This document shows positions 1-11,326 of a DNA stretch of 64,000 nt, one piece after another. A program made the position numbers and the translations under genes. This DNA comes from an uncultured Phycisphaerales bacterium (GTDB lineage: Bacteria; Planctomycetota; Phycisphaerae; Tepidisphaerales; Tepidisphaeraceae). The DNA lies in assembly GCA_963758525.1 (NCBI GenBank), contig CAVWVQ010000003.1, forward strand, positions 4,736,001 through 4,800,000, in the 5' to 3' direction. Every line of letters starts with the position of its first letter. The stretch's first letter is position 1. The notes under the pieces were generated by a model. That model searched no databases. It was not told the origin of the DNA and was given only the letters and a program-made list of their open reading frames with translations.

Positions 1-1
1 G

Positions 2-487
2 AGCGGCCAGCGACATACCATCGGGTCGGAGGATGTGAACGGCTATCTCCACGAGATCGCCGGCGGTGATTTCACCGCGAAGGATTTCCGCACCTGGGCC
101 GGCACGGTTCTGGCGGCGATGGCGCTGCAGGAATTTGAGCGGTTCGATTCAGAAACGCAGGCGAAGAAGAACGTCGTGGCCGCAATCGAGTCGGTCGCGA
201 AGCGGCTTGGGAACACGAAGGCCGTCTGCCGCAAGTGCTACGTTCACCCCACTGTCCTGAATTCCTATCTGGATGGCAGTCTGCTCAGTGCGCTGAAGTG
301 CCGCGTTGAAGGGAAGATCAGGTCATCGCTCCATGCCCTGCGGCCCGAGGAGGCCGCCGTCCTCGCCATGCTGCAGGCGCGCTTGCGCGGGAAGCCAAAT
401 CGTCGCGCAGTGTCAGGCAGCCAGCCGGGACAAAGGCCGCCTGAAACTGCTGGCTGCGCGTCGTCGCCACGTCCGTTTGCGCAATAG
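2..487 (+). CDS. DNA topoisomerase IB (bacterial type), C-terminal part; 5' end outside window
   Basis: Catalytic-domain motifs TAKDFRTWAGT and LGNTKAVCRKCYVHP (active-site Tyr); frame is open from base 2. Confidence 0.9.
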   Translation, partial: SGQRHTIGSEDVNGYLHEIAGGDFTAKDFRTWAGTVLAAMALQEFERFDSETQAKKNVVAAIESVAKRLGNTKAVCRKCYVHPTVLNSYLDGSLLSALKCRVEGKIRSSLHALRPEEAAVLAMLQARLRGKPNRRAVSGSQPGQRPPETAGCASSPRPFAQ

Positions 488-542
488 CCAATGATCTGAT
501 CGTTTTGAAACGGTCCCGCCAATCCGGCATACTCTGGTTTGA

Positions 543-1742
543 TTGCGGCGGAGGAAAAAGAAGCTTCGCTCTGGTTCGGCGCCCCTGGTTGGCGTTCTGG
601 TGGACGGTCTTACCGGGTATGGCCGTGCAATTTTGCGGGGCGTAACGCGATATTCAAATCTTCAACGTCGTTGGTTGCTGCACAAAGACCTCAAGTGGTG
701 GTTTGAGGCGGAGGGGCTGAATTGGCCGGATTTCGATGGGATTATTCTGACCGGTGGATCGCCCTCAGTGCTGAAGCAGGCAGTCGCGGACTGCAGAAAC
801 GTTGTGCTTTGTTCCGGAGATGGCGACCCGCAAATTTGCCCCGTGGTTTCCCTCGATGACCATGCGGCGGGCGTTGCGGCGGCCGAGCACTTGATCACTT
901 GCCGGCTCGAAAAGTTTGCGTTCTACGGACTGCAGGCGCGGCTGGTCAGCCGTCATCGGCACGCGGGCTTTAGTCAGACGCTGGAGGGCCATGGGCTGCA
1001 ATGTCTCGTATGCCCTGTAACACCTTCAGTTCAGGATTGGACGACCCATGTCCACCGGCCCGCGCTGGTTAACTGGCTGCGCGATTTGCCAAAGCCGATC
1101 GGGATCATGGCGATCGATGATTTTTTCGCGCACGATCTTGCCGACGCTTGCGTGGAGGCGAACGTCGCGGTGCCGGAGCACGTCGCGATTATCGGGGTGA
1201 ACAACGACGACTTGCTGTGTGAGGGCGCGTGGCCGACGCTGACAAGCGTAAACGCGGATTACTCGCGCATGGGATACGCCGCCGCCCACCTCCTTGAAAA
1301 GCTCCTGGCTGGAACGAAACTGACGGCCGAGGAGCGGGTGACCCGCCTTCCGCCGCTCGGAATTATCCAGCGGCAAAGCACGAGCTTCTCGTCCGTCAGC
1401 GATCCGACCCTTGCAGAAGCATTGAGTTTTATCCGGCAACATGCCTGCGACCCCTGCTCCGTGGAAGACGTGCTCGATGTTGTGCCGGTCTCGCGCAGAT
1501 GGCTCGAACGTCAGCTCTCTTCGCAGATCGGTCACAGCCCCTATGAGGAGATCATCCGGGTGCGCATCGAAACCGCCCGGCGGCTTCTGACGCAATCGCA
1601 GTTCAAGATCGACGATATCGCCCATCGCTGCGGATTTGGTGACATCAAGAATTTTTACGTCGCATTCAAGAAGCTTGCCGGCATGACACCCGCCGCGTTT
1701 CGCCGGACGGGCTCCGCGGGGACGCCAAAGAGTCAGCGATAA
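543..1742 (+). CDS. XylR-type transcriptional regulator (periplasmic-binding-fold sensor plus C-terminal AraC HTH)
   Basis: YGRAILRGV N-terminus, VPEHVAIIGVNND, C-terminal IAHRCGF...FKKLAGMTPAAFR AraC signature. Confidence 0.9.
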   Translation: MRRRKKKLRSGSAPLVGVLVDGLTGYGRAILRGVTRYSNLQRRWLLHKDLKWWFEAEGLNWPDFDGIILTGGSPSVLKQAVADCRNVVLCSGDGDPQICPVVSLDDHAAGVAAAEHLITCRLEKFAFYGLQARLVSRHRHAGFSQTLEGHGLQCLVCPVTPSVQDWTTHVHRPALVNWLRDLPKPIGIMAIDDFFAHDLADACVEANVAVPEHVAIIGVNNDDLLCEGAWPTLTSVNADYSRMGYAAAHLLEKLLAGTKLTAEERVTRLPPLGIIQRQSTSFSSVSDPTLAEALSFIRQHACDPCSVEDVLDVVPVSRRWLERQLSSQIGHSPYEEIIRVRIETARRLLTQSQFKIDDIAHRCGFGDIKNFYVAFKKLAGMTPAAFRRTGSAGTPKSQR

Positions 1743-1760
1743 GAGCGCGGTTCAGAACCT

Positions 1761-1869
1761 GTTTAGCCGCGACGCGCAGCGGAGCGTGTCCATCGGCGCG
1801 TCAGGCAATCTTGGATAATGTCCGCTGAAAACGCGGCTGGACTCGCTCCGCTTCGCGTCGCGGCTAAAC
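1761..1869. repeat. REP/MITE-like inverted repeat element, copy 1
   Basis: 31-bp arms (1761-1791 and 1839-1869, 2 mismatches) beginning GTTTAGCCGC, 47-nt spacer. Confidence 0.85.
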
Positions 1870-2114
1870 GCGGCAAGTCGGGCTGTAAACCGATCGTCTC
1901 TTCGCATCGCATTGGGTGATCCCGAACTGCACCGCCACTGTCGCAAATCGCCAAGACATTGCCGCTAATCACCCTGGTTGCGTTGTTCGTCATGTGAGAT
2001 ATTTCCCCCCGTGGAGGAGAACCGGCAATCAGCATTGGTCCTGGTTCTTCCTGTCGGCCGGTCAATCGAAAATGTCATGAGGCCGCCGGCAACACGCTGG
2101 CGAAGGAGTCGAAA

Positions 2115-5100
2115 ATGGGTCAATCACGCCGAACAACGTCCGCCGTTTCAAACCAGGGGCGGAGCAAGGCCGCGCGTCGCAGCCGACGCCTGCTGGCGAT
2201 GGGGGCGGCGAGCGCCGTCACGTGCGCCGCGGCGACGCAGGCGGCGCGGGCAGCGACGATTTACTGGGATGGCGCCACGGGAGGCTGGGATTCCGTTGCG
2301 AATTGGTCCACGGCACCGGGCGCGACGACGCCTGATCCCTCCGCGGTTCCAGGCAGCGGTGACGACGCCGTTTTCAATATCACCACCGTAAACAGCGCGG
2401 AGACTGTCAGCTTAAACGCCAACCAATCCGCCAGTTCTCTGACGTTCAACAACACCGGAACAACGCTGCTGCAAGGTGGCGGGACCAACCGCGCGCTGAC
2501 GCTTGGGTTCGGGGGAATCACCGTCAACACCGGCGCGGGAGCGGTCACGGTCGGCTCGACTACGGCCAACCAAAACGCGGCCGTTACGTTAGCCGGGAAC
2601 CAGACATGGACCGCGAATTCCACCAGCGGCATTAGCATTTCGAATGTCGTCACGGGGGCCGCATCAACTGCCATCATTCTCTCGCTCAGCGGCACCAGTA
2701 CGTCCAGCGGCTCTTCTGCCAGCGTTATCAGCAATGGGATCGCAAATGGTGCGACTGGCGGGGTCGTTTCGCTTTTGAAAGTTGGATCAGGCACCTGGTC
2801 ACTTCAGACCGTTGTGAGCAATGGCTTTAGCTACAGTGGGAATACGACCGTCAATGAGGGAACCATTCTCATAGACACGGGGCCCAAAAATGTGGGCACA
2901 AGCTTCAACAACTCTTTGGCTGTGCTCGGCGGCGGCACACTATCGTTTTCAGCGAATCTCAGGACGGCTACGTTCAACGGCCTGCAAATCAACGGTGGCG
3001 CGAGTTCGGTCGTGACCAGTGGTACTAATGCCGGCCTTCTCGATTTCGGAGGAACCGCACACAATCAGGGGATCACCCGAAATGTCGGCGGAACTGTAAA
3101 TTTCTTGCCGTCAAACACGCCCATAGATACGACACAAACCAACGTCAATGGAATTATCGGCGGCTATGCCACGGACGGGTCGAGTTGGGCAGTCAGCGCC
3201 GGTACGGGGACCGCATCCGGCGCTATCACGGCTCTAGCCACGGGCGGTTACACCCCCTCCATCGCCAGCACGACGGCACCGGGGGCTGGAACCAACGTCG
3301 ACTTTCAGGCTTCCAACACCACCGCCTGGACGACGCAGGGCGTTAACAGCCTGCGATTCAATACCGGCGCCGCCAGCAGTCTTAGCGTCGACCCCGCCAG
3401 CACTCTTACGCTCGCCAGTGGTGGAATTCTGGTGACTACAGCCGTCGGCAATAACCTCTCGCTGATCACCGGTGGAACGCTTTTGGGGGCGGCGGGCGCG
3501 GATCTGATCATCATTCAAAACAATACGGCCAACGGCCTGACGATTGCCTCCACGATTGGCGATAACTCGACCTCCGGCTTAACCAAGAGCGGTGGCGGCC
3601 TGCTGACCTTGAACAACGCGGCCAACAGCTACACGGGTAAGACCTATCTCAACGGCGGCATCACGAATGTCGCCGCGGATGCCAGCCTCGGCACTTCCCC
3701 TGTCTCCGCAGTTGCAGATCAACTGACGTTCAATGGCGGCAAGTTGCAGCTGGGCGGCACCTTCAATCTCGCGACGAATCGGGGCATCACGCTTCTGGCC
3801 AACGGGGCGACCATTGACACGCAGGCGTTCAACAGCACCTACGCAGGCATCATCGCGGGCACGGCGACCGGCGGCGCCGGCACCTTCACCAAGGCAGGGA
3901 CGGGAATTTTGACCTTGTCGGGCGCAAATACCTACGTTGGCGCAACAACGATAGCGGCTGGCATACTCTCCTCGGCGCCGGCCCTCACTGGCAACAGTGT
4001 GCTCGGAACTACCAGCGCGATCACTTTCACCGGTGGCACGCTGCAATATGGGAACGCCTTCTCGGTCGCGGCGGGCAACGCGCTGGGCGACTATTCGTTG
4101 AAGATCAAGAACAGCACCGGCGCGATCTCGGTGGACACCAACGGCCAGAACGTCACCTACGGCGGCGCGCTGGACAGCAGCAACACCGGCGGCGTGAGCA
4201 AACTGGGGAGCGGCGTATTGACGCTCTCCGCCGCGAACAGCTATTCCGGTACGACCACAGTCTCAGCAGGCACGCTGGTTCTCTCCGGCAACAACACCTC
4301 GGCCACTGGTCCAACAAACGTCACCGGCACTCTTCAATTAGTTGGTGGCGCAAATAGCGGTGTTACGGCGGATGGCCAGACAAGTAGCGCCATCAGTTCT
4401 TCCTCCGCCTTGACGCTGAACACGAATTCTACGCTCCAACTCCGCAGTGACTTCAACGCCACGTTTACGCCATTGAGCATCACGGATGGCACAACGTTGA
4501 ATTTTGACGTGAATAACAATGCTTCTGCCGTCACCGGCAAAACGCTCACTCTCTCCGGATCGCTGGCCATCAACGCGGCCACGATCAATGTCACGGGTGC
4601 AAATGGCTACACGCTGGCTCTCGGTGCGGTCTCCGGACCCGGCCCCACCTTCAACCCAACGACAGCGAATCTCAGCGTCGCGTCCATTACGCTCAGTGGA
4701 AACACCTCAACATTGAATTTCACGGGACAGGGAAATACGACGGTTGCCGGAAACATCCTCACCGCACCGGGGAAGACGGATCCCGTGACCTTCAACCAGA
4801 CGGGCACGGTTACACTCGACGGTGCGGAAACGGTGAATATGGCGGGAAGTTTTGCCAACAAAGTTAACAGCGGCACCGCGGTGCTTAACAACAAGAGCGC
4901 ATTCCTTGCTGCCGTTGCCTTAGGCAACGCGTCGTCAAGCAGCACGGCAGCGGCAACGCTCTTGCTCGGCGGCACAGACTCAGCGGGTCTCACGGGCGGA
5001 ATCACCCTGAATCAGAACATCACTGCCGAGGATACGACCAGCGGAACACTGACCATTGGCGGGCAGAACACCAGCGGCGCCAATACCGTTTCGGGGACGC

Positions 5101-6149
5101 TCACGCTGGGTGCGACTTCCAACACAGGCAAGAACGTCACGCTTGTGTCTGCCACGGGTGGCGAGGTCGACTTTACCAACACCATCAGCAGAAATGGTAC
5201 TGCGACAACCGGCGGCATCACGGTGGGCGACGCCAGCGGTAACTATAACGGGACAGTCAAACTGATGAAGGCCTCCAATACGTATGTCGGCGGGACAACG
5301 ATCTCATCCGGCACGTTGGCCCTGGCGCCCAGCTCCGGCACGAACAATATTTCCGCGTCCAAGTACATCAATGTGGGCAGCGGCGCCGGCTTGAATGTCA
5401 CTGCCGTCAACGGAACCACCAACAACAGTTTCGCATTGGCTGGCACGGGAACCCAATCCGGCAGCCAGGTCCTTGGCGGCAGCGGCATGGTGACCGGAAC
5501 CGTTACTGTTGCAAGCGGGGCCACGCTTTCGGCAGGCACGACTGCGGGAATTGCCAATGTTCCCGCTACCGGTTCGTCGAACATTATCGGCACCCTCTCG
5601 ACAGCTTCCCTGAACTTTAATTCGGGCGGAAATCTCGCTATCAAGGTCTCGGATGGACAGCCGACGGGAACTGCATTTACCGCCGGAACCGACTTCGACA
5701 CCATCGCGGCGCCAGCGGGCGCGCTCACGGTGACCAGTGGATTCAATGTTGAGCTGTTGGCCGATGGCACCGGCACCGGCTCCAAGTCGGTAAATTTTGA
5801 TCCGACCGCAACCTATACTTTCCAAATCGCATCGTTCGCGTCGTCTAGTGGCATCACGGGTTCGGGATCTGGCGACACCGTCTTCCTCACAAGCGGCACC
5901 GCCCAGGCCGCCAGCCCAGGCGTCTCAGGATTGTTCACACTCGATACCAGCAATTTCGTCGCTGCCAATCCCGGTACTTCCGCAGGCAGCTTCTATCTGG
6001 AAGAAATTGGCGGCGGATCGGGCGGCGGATCGCTCGACGTGGTCTACAACTCCGCCCCCGAGCCGGGCACGGCGATGCTCTTCCTCGGCGGGGCCATGCC
6101 GATGCTGATCGGTCGGCGGCGCTGCAGGAAGGTCGCAAACCCTGAATGA
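2115..6149 (+). CDS. PEP-CTERM surface protein with autotransporter-associated beta-strand repeats
   Basis: Signal-like N-terminus, repeated LTKxGxGxLTLxxANxYxGxT motifs, C-terminal APEPGTAMLFLGGAMPMLIGRRR. Confidence 0.9.
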   Translation: MGQSRRTTSAVSNQGRSKAARRSRRLLAMGAASAVTCAAATQAARAATIYWDGATGGWDSVANWSTAPGATTPDPSAVPGSGDDAVFNITTVNSAETVSLNANQSASSLTFNNTGTTLLQGGGTNRALTLGFGGITVNTGAGAVTVGSTTANQNAAVTLAGNQTWTANSTSGISISNVVTGAASTAIILSLSGTSTSSGSSASVISNGIANGATGGVVSLLKVGSGTWSLQTVVSNGFSYSGNTTVNEGTILIDTGPKNVGTSFNNSLAVLGGGTLSFSANLRTATFNGLQINGGASSVVTSGTNAGLLDFGGTAHNQGITRNVGGTVNFLPSNTPIDTTQTNVNGIIGGYATDGSSWAVSAGTGTASGAITALATGGYTPSIASTTAPGAGTNVDFQASNTTAWTTQGVNSLRFNTGAASSLSVDPASTLTLASGGILVTTAVGNNLSLITGGTLLGAAGADLIIIQNNTANGLTIASTIGDNSTSGLTKSGGGLLTLNNAANSYTGKTYLNGGITNVAADASLGTSPVSAVADQLTFNGGKLQLGGTFNLATNRGITLLANGATIDTQAFNSTYAGIIAGTATGGAGTFTKAGTGILTLSGANTYVGATTIAAGILSSAPALTGNSVLGTTSAITFTGGTLQYGNAFSVAAGNALGDYSLKIKNSTGAISVDTNGQNVTYGGALDSSNTGGVSKLGSGVLTLSAANSYSGTTTVSAGTLVLSGNNTSATGPTNVTGTLQLVGGANSGVTADGQTSSAISSSSALTLNTNSTLQLRSDFNATFTPLSITDGTTLNFDVNNNASAVTGKTLTLSGSLAINAATINVTGANGYTLALGAVSGPGPTFNPTTANLSVASITLSGNTSTLNFTGQGNTTVAGNILTAPGKTDPVTFNQTGTVTLDGAETVNMAGSFANKVNSGTAVLNNKSAFLAAVALGNASSSSTAAATLLLGGTDSAGLTGGITLNQNITAEDTTSGTLTIGGQNTSGANTVSGTLTLGATSNTGKNVTLVSATGGEVDFTNTISRNGTATTGGITVGDASGNYNGTVKLMKASNTYVGGTTISSGTLALAPSSGTNNISASKYINVGSGAGLNVTAVNGTTNNSFALAGTGTQSGSQVLGGSGMVTGTVTVASGATLSAGTTAGIANVPATGSSNIIGTLSTASLNFNSGGNLAIKVSDGQPTGTAFTAGTDFDTIAAPAGALTVTSGFNVELLADGTGTGSKSVNFDPTATYTFQIASFASSSGITGSGSGDTVFLTSGTAQAASPGVSGLFTLDTSNFVAANPGTSAGSFYLEEIGGGSGGGSLDVVYNSAPEPGTAMLFLGGAMPMLIGRRRCRKVANPE

Positions 6150-6158
6150 AGTTGCTTC

Positions 6159-6225
6159 CGTGTAGCCGGCGAGCATGCCCGCCGATTGACCCGCGGGAAC
6201 GGCGAGCATGCTCGCCGGCTACACG
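6159..6225. repeat. GTAG-type REP doublet (REPIN-like)
   Basis: 26-bp inverted arms CGTGTAGCCGGCGAGCATGC(C/T)CGCCG with 1 mismatch; each arm is GTAG followed by a palindrome. Confidence 0.8.
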
Positions 6226-6266
6226 AAACGCGACGTTGATCATGCACTCGCGACAAGGATTTGTTT

Positions 6267-7331
6267 ATGACCCGCCAACGCGGATTATATATTCTCGATC
6301 CGAGCTCCTTCAGGCTGATCTACGGGCCTGAGGAACAACAGGACATCGCTGCCCTGGTGGACATCATTGCTCCGCTCCTCTCGGCCCGCGAGATCCGCGC
6401 GAAGCCGGAACTGCTCACCAACACGGACGTGATCTTTACCGGCTGGGGCGGGCCGCTTTTGAACGAGGCATTCCTCGCATCCGCCCCGCGACTGAAGGCG
6501 GTCTTCTACGGGGCAGGATCTGTCGGGCCGATCCTGACGCCTGCGGTCTGGGAGCGCGGCATTGTTCTGACCAGCGCCCTGGAAGCCAATGCGATTCCGG
6601 TGGCGGAGTACGCGCTGGCCACCATCCTCTTTTCTCTCAAGCACGGCTGGAGACTTGCCCGGCAGACGAAGGAACACCGCCGCCATCCCGATCGCAACCA
6701 CGTTCCCGGCTGCTACGGCAGCACCGTCGGGCTCGTCTCGCTCGGAGCCATCGCCAGGAAACTGGTCGAGCTGTTGCGGCCATTCGATCTGAATGTGCTG
6801 GCGTATGACCCGTTCCTCGCGGAAGAAGATGCCCAAGCACTCGGCGTAGAGCCAGTATCGCTTGCGGAGTTGTTCGAGCGGTCTGACGTGGTCTCGCTGC
6901 ACACGCCGTCTTTTCCCGAAACGCAAGGCATGATCACGGGCGAACAGCTTGCTTCGATGAAGCCGGGGGCGACGTTCATCAACACGGCCCGGGGCCCGCT
7001 GGTGCGCGAGGACGAGATTATTGAGGTGCTCTCCCGCAGGCCGGATCTGCAGGCGGTGCTGGATGTGACAATCGAGGAGCCACCCGAAGCCGGCTCGCCG
7101 CTATACGCTTTGGACAATGTGCTGCTCACGCCGCACATTGCAGGTTCTGCCGGCCCGGAGTGCCGGCGGATGGGTCGGTATATGGTGGAGGAGCTGAAGC
7201 GATATCTTGCCGGTCAACCGCTAAAACACGCATTGAAACAAGAGTCGGTGATGCGGACGTCGCATCGTCCCGTTGGAATCCCTGTCCGGCCGCCGCTTGG
7301 CAGTGCCGAGCATGCGCGCACAGCCGTTTAG
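6267..7331 (+). CDS. D-2-hydroxyacid dehydrogenase family protein (copy A)
   Basis: GLVSLGAI Rossmann motif, INTARG, LDVT..EP, TPHIAG; ATG at 6267 chosen over TTG at 6261. Confidence 0.9.
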   Translation: MTRQRGLYILDPSSFRLIYGPEEQQDIAALVDIIAPLLSAREIRAKPELLTNTDVIFTGWGGPLLNEAFLASAPRLKAVFYGAGSVGPILTPAVWERGIVLTSALEANAIPVAEYALATILFSLKHGWRLARQTKEHRRHPDRNHVPGCYGSTVGLVSLGAIARKLVELLRPFDLNVLAYDPFLAEEDAQALGVEPVSLAELFERSDVVSLHTPSFPETQGMITGEQLASMKPGATFINTARGPLVREDEIIEVLSRRPDLQAVLDVTIEEPPEAGSPLYALDNVLLTPHIAGSAGPECRRMGRYMVEELKRYLAGQPLKHALKQESVMRTSHRPVGIPVRPPLGSAEHARTAV

Positions 7332-7361
7332 TTTTTCCTTCAGCCCCAGGTCGTCGAGGAG

Positions 7362-9806
7362 ATGGGGAACAGGCAGCTCTTTGTCACCCGTACTCATATC
7401 ACGTCCGCGTGGTTTATGACGGAAACGCAGCGGAATCTCCTCCTTGCCGTGTTCCTGGCGCTGGTCGTGCTTAGGTCGGCCGCCGCGCAAGGCGGCGACG
7501 CCAAACTCACGGACTCCGCGGCCCTCGACACCGTCGTCCTCGGAGATGCCAGCTCGGAGCACGAGCACGGTGTGACGTTCGAACAGAGCGACGTGATCCG
7601 CGGGGGGTTGGGTGAGCCGGCGCGGCGGCTGCTGCCGCGCGAGCCCGTCTCGTTCGAGGGTGGCACGGTCTCCTTCACGCTGAAGGTCGACCCGCGGCGG
7701 CAGAATTACGTGACGGTCAAACTCTGGGGCTCGGACAAGGGCGCGGTCCTCGGAAGGCTCGTGCTTTTCGCCGATGGGCTGCAGGTCGGATACCGCCGCG
7801 AGGCCGACTACGACGTGCTGAACCAGGCCGACGACGAGGATGAATGTCCAGGGGGGTTTCTGTATCAGACCGTGCCGCTGCCTGGGGCCTTGACGCATGA
7901 CAAGTCGAGCATCGATCTGAAGATCATCTCGCTGGGCTCGATGTGGTATTACGGGACGACGTTTGCTCAGTACCAGAAGGATTTGAAGGAGCCGACGCGC
8001 GGGATCTACCGCGTTTACACCCACACCGCGACGCGGTTCGTGCCAGACGCATCGGAGCGGCAGGGTGCGTGCGAGCCACGGGGCGTGCGGCCCGGGCCGG
8101 GCGAGGAGGTCATCGCCCAATCGAAGCGGTTGGTGGACGGGCGGTTGGCGAAGTCGCTGGCGGTGCCGCCGGGAGCCCTTTCGAGCGATCCTAACAAAGG
8201 TCGGTTCGCGCGGATGCTGCTGCTGTCCGAAGCATACAACACGCCGTGGACCACGGCATACCACGACGCGCGGGCGATCGCCCAGATCGTCAATGACGGC
8301 GACGCGATCGCGGCCGACGCGGCGCGTGATCCGCACTTCGTCGCCGAGGACTGGTCCGGGGCCGGGCCGATGGGCGAGGCGGTGATGCGGGTCTGGCCGG
8401 CGATCGGAAAGCGAATGGGCGAATCGGTCGAGGGAGACTCCCCGGACAAGGAGGCGCGCGGCCGGGCGTGGGCAAACGCGCCTGCGCGCGAGCGTCGACT
8501 ACTGGCGGACGCATCGCCGCGATTACACGAATCAGTCAATGATCGTCGACCGCAACATCTACACTGCCAACCGCGCGCTGCAACTGATCGACGCGAGCCG
8601 GGCACTTCCCGAGTCGAAGGCGCTGCGGTACGTGGAGGAGGCGGTCGGCATCGAACCGTGGCTGGGCAGCGACCCGCTCGACGGCGGCGCCGTCGGAGGT
8701 TCTGTCGAGGACGCCCCCGGCAAGGGGATGCCCAAGCCATTCGGTACGCACTATTACCTCGTGACGCGCAAGGGCCTGACGCGCGAACTCGGCTGGGTGG
8801 GCACTTACGGCGAGACGATTCTCCACTTCACGCACGACATCGCTATCCTGACCGGCGATGAGCGCATCCGCGAGCAGCTCCGCAAGCTCGAGTTGGCGCG
8901 GATGTATTTCCGCTACCCCGGCGTCGATGCCGACGGCTACCGTTGCATGAAACTCGCCAGCGAGATCGATAACCGCACGGCCCATTACCCGCTGTCCGGC
9001 GCGGCCTACACGGCGCCGGGCATCCGCGAGGAGTGGTGGATGGACGTGCCGGCCCTGCTTGCTGATGACCCGGTCTCGATTGCGCGGCTTTCCAGGCGCT
9101 CGCAGACCACCAGTACTTCGCCTACGTCGAAGGCCGCCTCAGCGATCCCGACATGCTGGGGATGATGCGGAACGTCGATGAGTATGCAAAGGTGAAGACG
9201 CTGCCGCCAAGCGCGTACCGCCTGCCGATGACTGATGGCCAGCCCGACTTTGCCTTCGCCGACGAGGAGGATGCCGTGCTGGCGGTGAAACACGGCGACA
9301 CGCGGCTTTTCGTCAACCTCTACTACCGCGCCGAGCGCGGTGTGAACGGCGTAGCGCGGCTCCTGGAGGTCACGCCGACGATCACCCGCATCGCGACGGT
9401 GCGCACGGACTTCCAAGTCGTCTCCAGCGGCCAGACGTATGCACGGCCGGACTGGATCGACGCGATACGCAATCCCGGTCATCCGCCGCCGGGCGAGGTG
9501 CTGCACCAGGCCTGGGCCGGGGAAAAGCTACCGATCGCGGCCCGCCCTGCCGACGCAATGCTCCCAAAGTACGGCGATTGGGGCCCGTTCGTCGGCAAGG
9601 CATCGTTTTACCGGCTGCGCTACGGCGACTATCTGATCGGGATGAACTGCAGTGAGGAGAACACCTACAAGCTGGACGTTCCCACAGGCCGCGGGAAAGC
9701 GCTGGACCTTGTGTCCGGCAAGGTTCTCGCGCTCGACCGGCCTGTGCGGGTCGGCCCCCTTTCGACACTCGTACTTTATCTGCCGGAACGCACGGGGGGA
9801 CGATGA
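7362..9806 (+). CDS. Large secreted hypothetical protein, probably carbohydrate-active; broken by two frameshifts (~8480, ~9085)
   Basis: Signal peptide; three consecutive overlapping ORFs join into a continuous protein (..WANA/LRASVDYWRTHRRDYTNQSMIVD.. and ..AAFQALADHQYFAYVEGRLSDPDMLGMMR..). Confidence 0.65.
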
Positions 9807-9874
9807 AACCACGAAATTCCTTGTTCGCTGCGGTACGATTTCACGTGTTCTCAATTTAGTATGGGAGCCACACA

Positions 9875-10774
9875 ATGACTTATCGCCGCGACCAATACCA
9901 ATCATGCAGCGAGCACTATTCCGCGCGGTTCAGCCTCCCTGCGTTGAGCAGGCGCAACGGGGGATTTACGCTCGTTGAACCGCTGGGCGTCATCGGGATG
10001 ATCGCACTGCTTGTGGGGATACTTCTGCCGGCCCTGGCCACCGCCAGACAAGATGGCCAGCAGGTTGCCTGCATGAGCAATCTCCGACAGATTGGGCAGG
10101 CGATGACGATGTACGCCGGAGATTTCAAAGGGTCTTTCCCGCCGCTCTGGACCGCGTACGACGGCGGCGTTCATATGGTATACCCCGGCCTCTGGGGGGC
10201 ACTAGAGAATTATGGGATCCCCCACAGCAGCAGCGTGCGCGTCTGTCCGACGGTCGCGGGACTTCTTTCGCCGCCCGATGTCTTCAACGGGGCTGATCCG
10301 ACGGCACTCTATAGCTACCGGTACAACATTATCGTGGGAGGGCAGGCACAATGCGGGAGCTTTCCCGGCCCCACCACATCCGGCATCTACCAAGTCGCAC
10401 GGCCCTTGAAGTTTACGGACATCCAGGGCCGCTTTGGAAATTCGGTCGCGATCGTTGTTGACTTCGCTCAGTTGTATTTCGAGGAAGCGCAGAACCTGAA
10501 CGGGTCTACCGTCGCCAACCAGAAGAACTACTGGTGGCGGCCCCAGACGGCAGGCACCACGCCGGACAAGGTCCTCACTACCGGCGGCGGACATCCGAGC
10601 ATTCACGACAACTCCGTCGTCCATTTCGCCAAGATCAACTCCCTTGGACAGGAATATGGGAAGAACAACGTTCTTTTTGTCGACGGCTCCGTTCAGCCAA
10701 TCGACCTGACCATCACCAGCACTTTTGGGTCGATCTGGACTGGCACCACGCCGACCCCGGAGCAAAGCCCGTAG
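9875..10774 (+). CDS. Prepilin-type N-terminal cleavage/methylation (DUF1559-like) protein, copy A
   Basis: [40 protein letters not shown]-terminal NVLFVDGSV. Confidence 0.85.
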   Translation: MTYRRDQYQSCSEHYSARFSLPALSRRNGGFTLVEPLGVIGMIALLVGILLPALATARQDGQQVACMSNLRQIGQAMTMYAGDFKGSFPPLWTAYDGGVHMVYPGLWGALENYGIPHSSSVRVCPTVAGLLSPPDVFNGADPTALYSYRYNIIVGGQAQCGSFPGPTTSGIYQVARPLKFTDIQGRFGNSVAIVVDFAQLYFEEAQNLNGSTVANQKNYWWRPQTAGTTPDKVLTTGGGHPSIHDNSVVHFAKINSLGQEYGKNNVLFVDGSVQPIDLTITSTFGSIWTGTTPTPEQSP

Positions 10775-11312
10775 CAAACCAAAGTCAGGCACACGACGCC
10801 TGAAGACTGGAGGACCTGCTTTGCGACTCAAACGAGCTCTCAATCGTAATGCGGCAGTGGCAAGCACGATCGCCGGTGCGGTGATTGCGCTGGGCGGTTT
10901 CCTCATCATCCGCCAGGTCGCGAGTGGTGAAAACTCCGGAGCCAAGGCATTCTTCAGCACCGACGACGGGAAGACCTGGTTTACCGACGAAATGACCAAG
11001 CCGTTCCCATTTGATCACCACGGCGCGCCGGCGTATCGCGTCCAAGTTTTCCGATGCGGGAACGGGCCACCCTTTGCAGGCTTCCTTGAGTGCCTGCCGA
11101 GCGAGCTGATTGCCCGAGTGAACTCCGCGGGATCGAGCTGGCAGGCGCACTATGCGGTGCTGCTATCCGTTTCAGACGAGATTCTGGTGAAAAGGCCAGG
11201 CGATTCCGATTGGACAAAGCCAGGACAGAAGAAAGAGTATAAGAGGATCACCAAGCCCGTCTGCCCCGACGGCACCAAGCAGGAAGTGACGCCGGTCAAT
11301 CCAAATCAATAG
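10725..11312 (+). CDS. Small single-TM hypothetical protein ('DDGKTWF' family), copy A; true start probably downstream
   Basis: One hydrophobic helix followed by [27 protein letters not shown]; paralog at 38226. Confidence 0.75.
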   Translation: MGRSGLAPRRPRSKARSKPKSGTRRLKTGGPALRLKRALNRNAAVASTIAGAVIALGGFLIIRQVASGENSGAKAFFSTDDGKTWFTDEMTKPFPFDHHGAPAYRVQVFRCGNGPPFAGFLECLPSELIARVNSAGSSWQAHYAVLLSVSDEILVKRPGDSDWTKPGQKKEYKRITKPVCPDGTKQEVTPVNPNQ

Positions 11313-11326
11313 TATGACTGGCGAAA

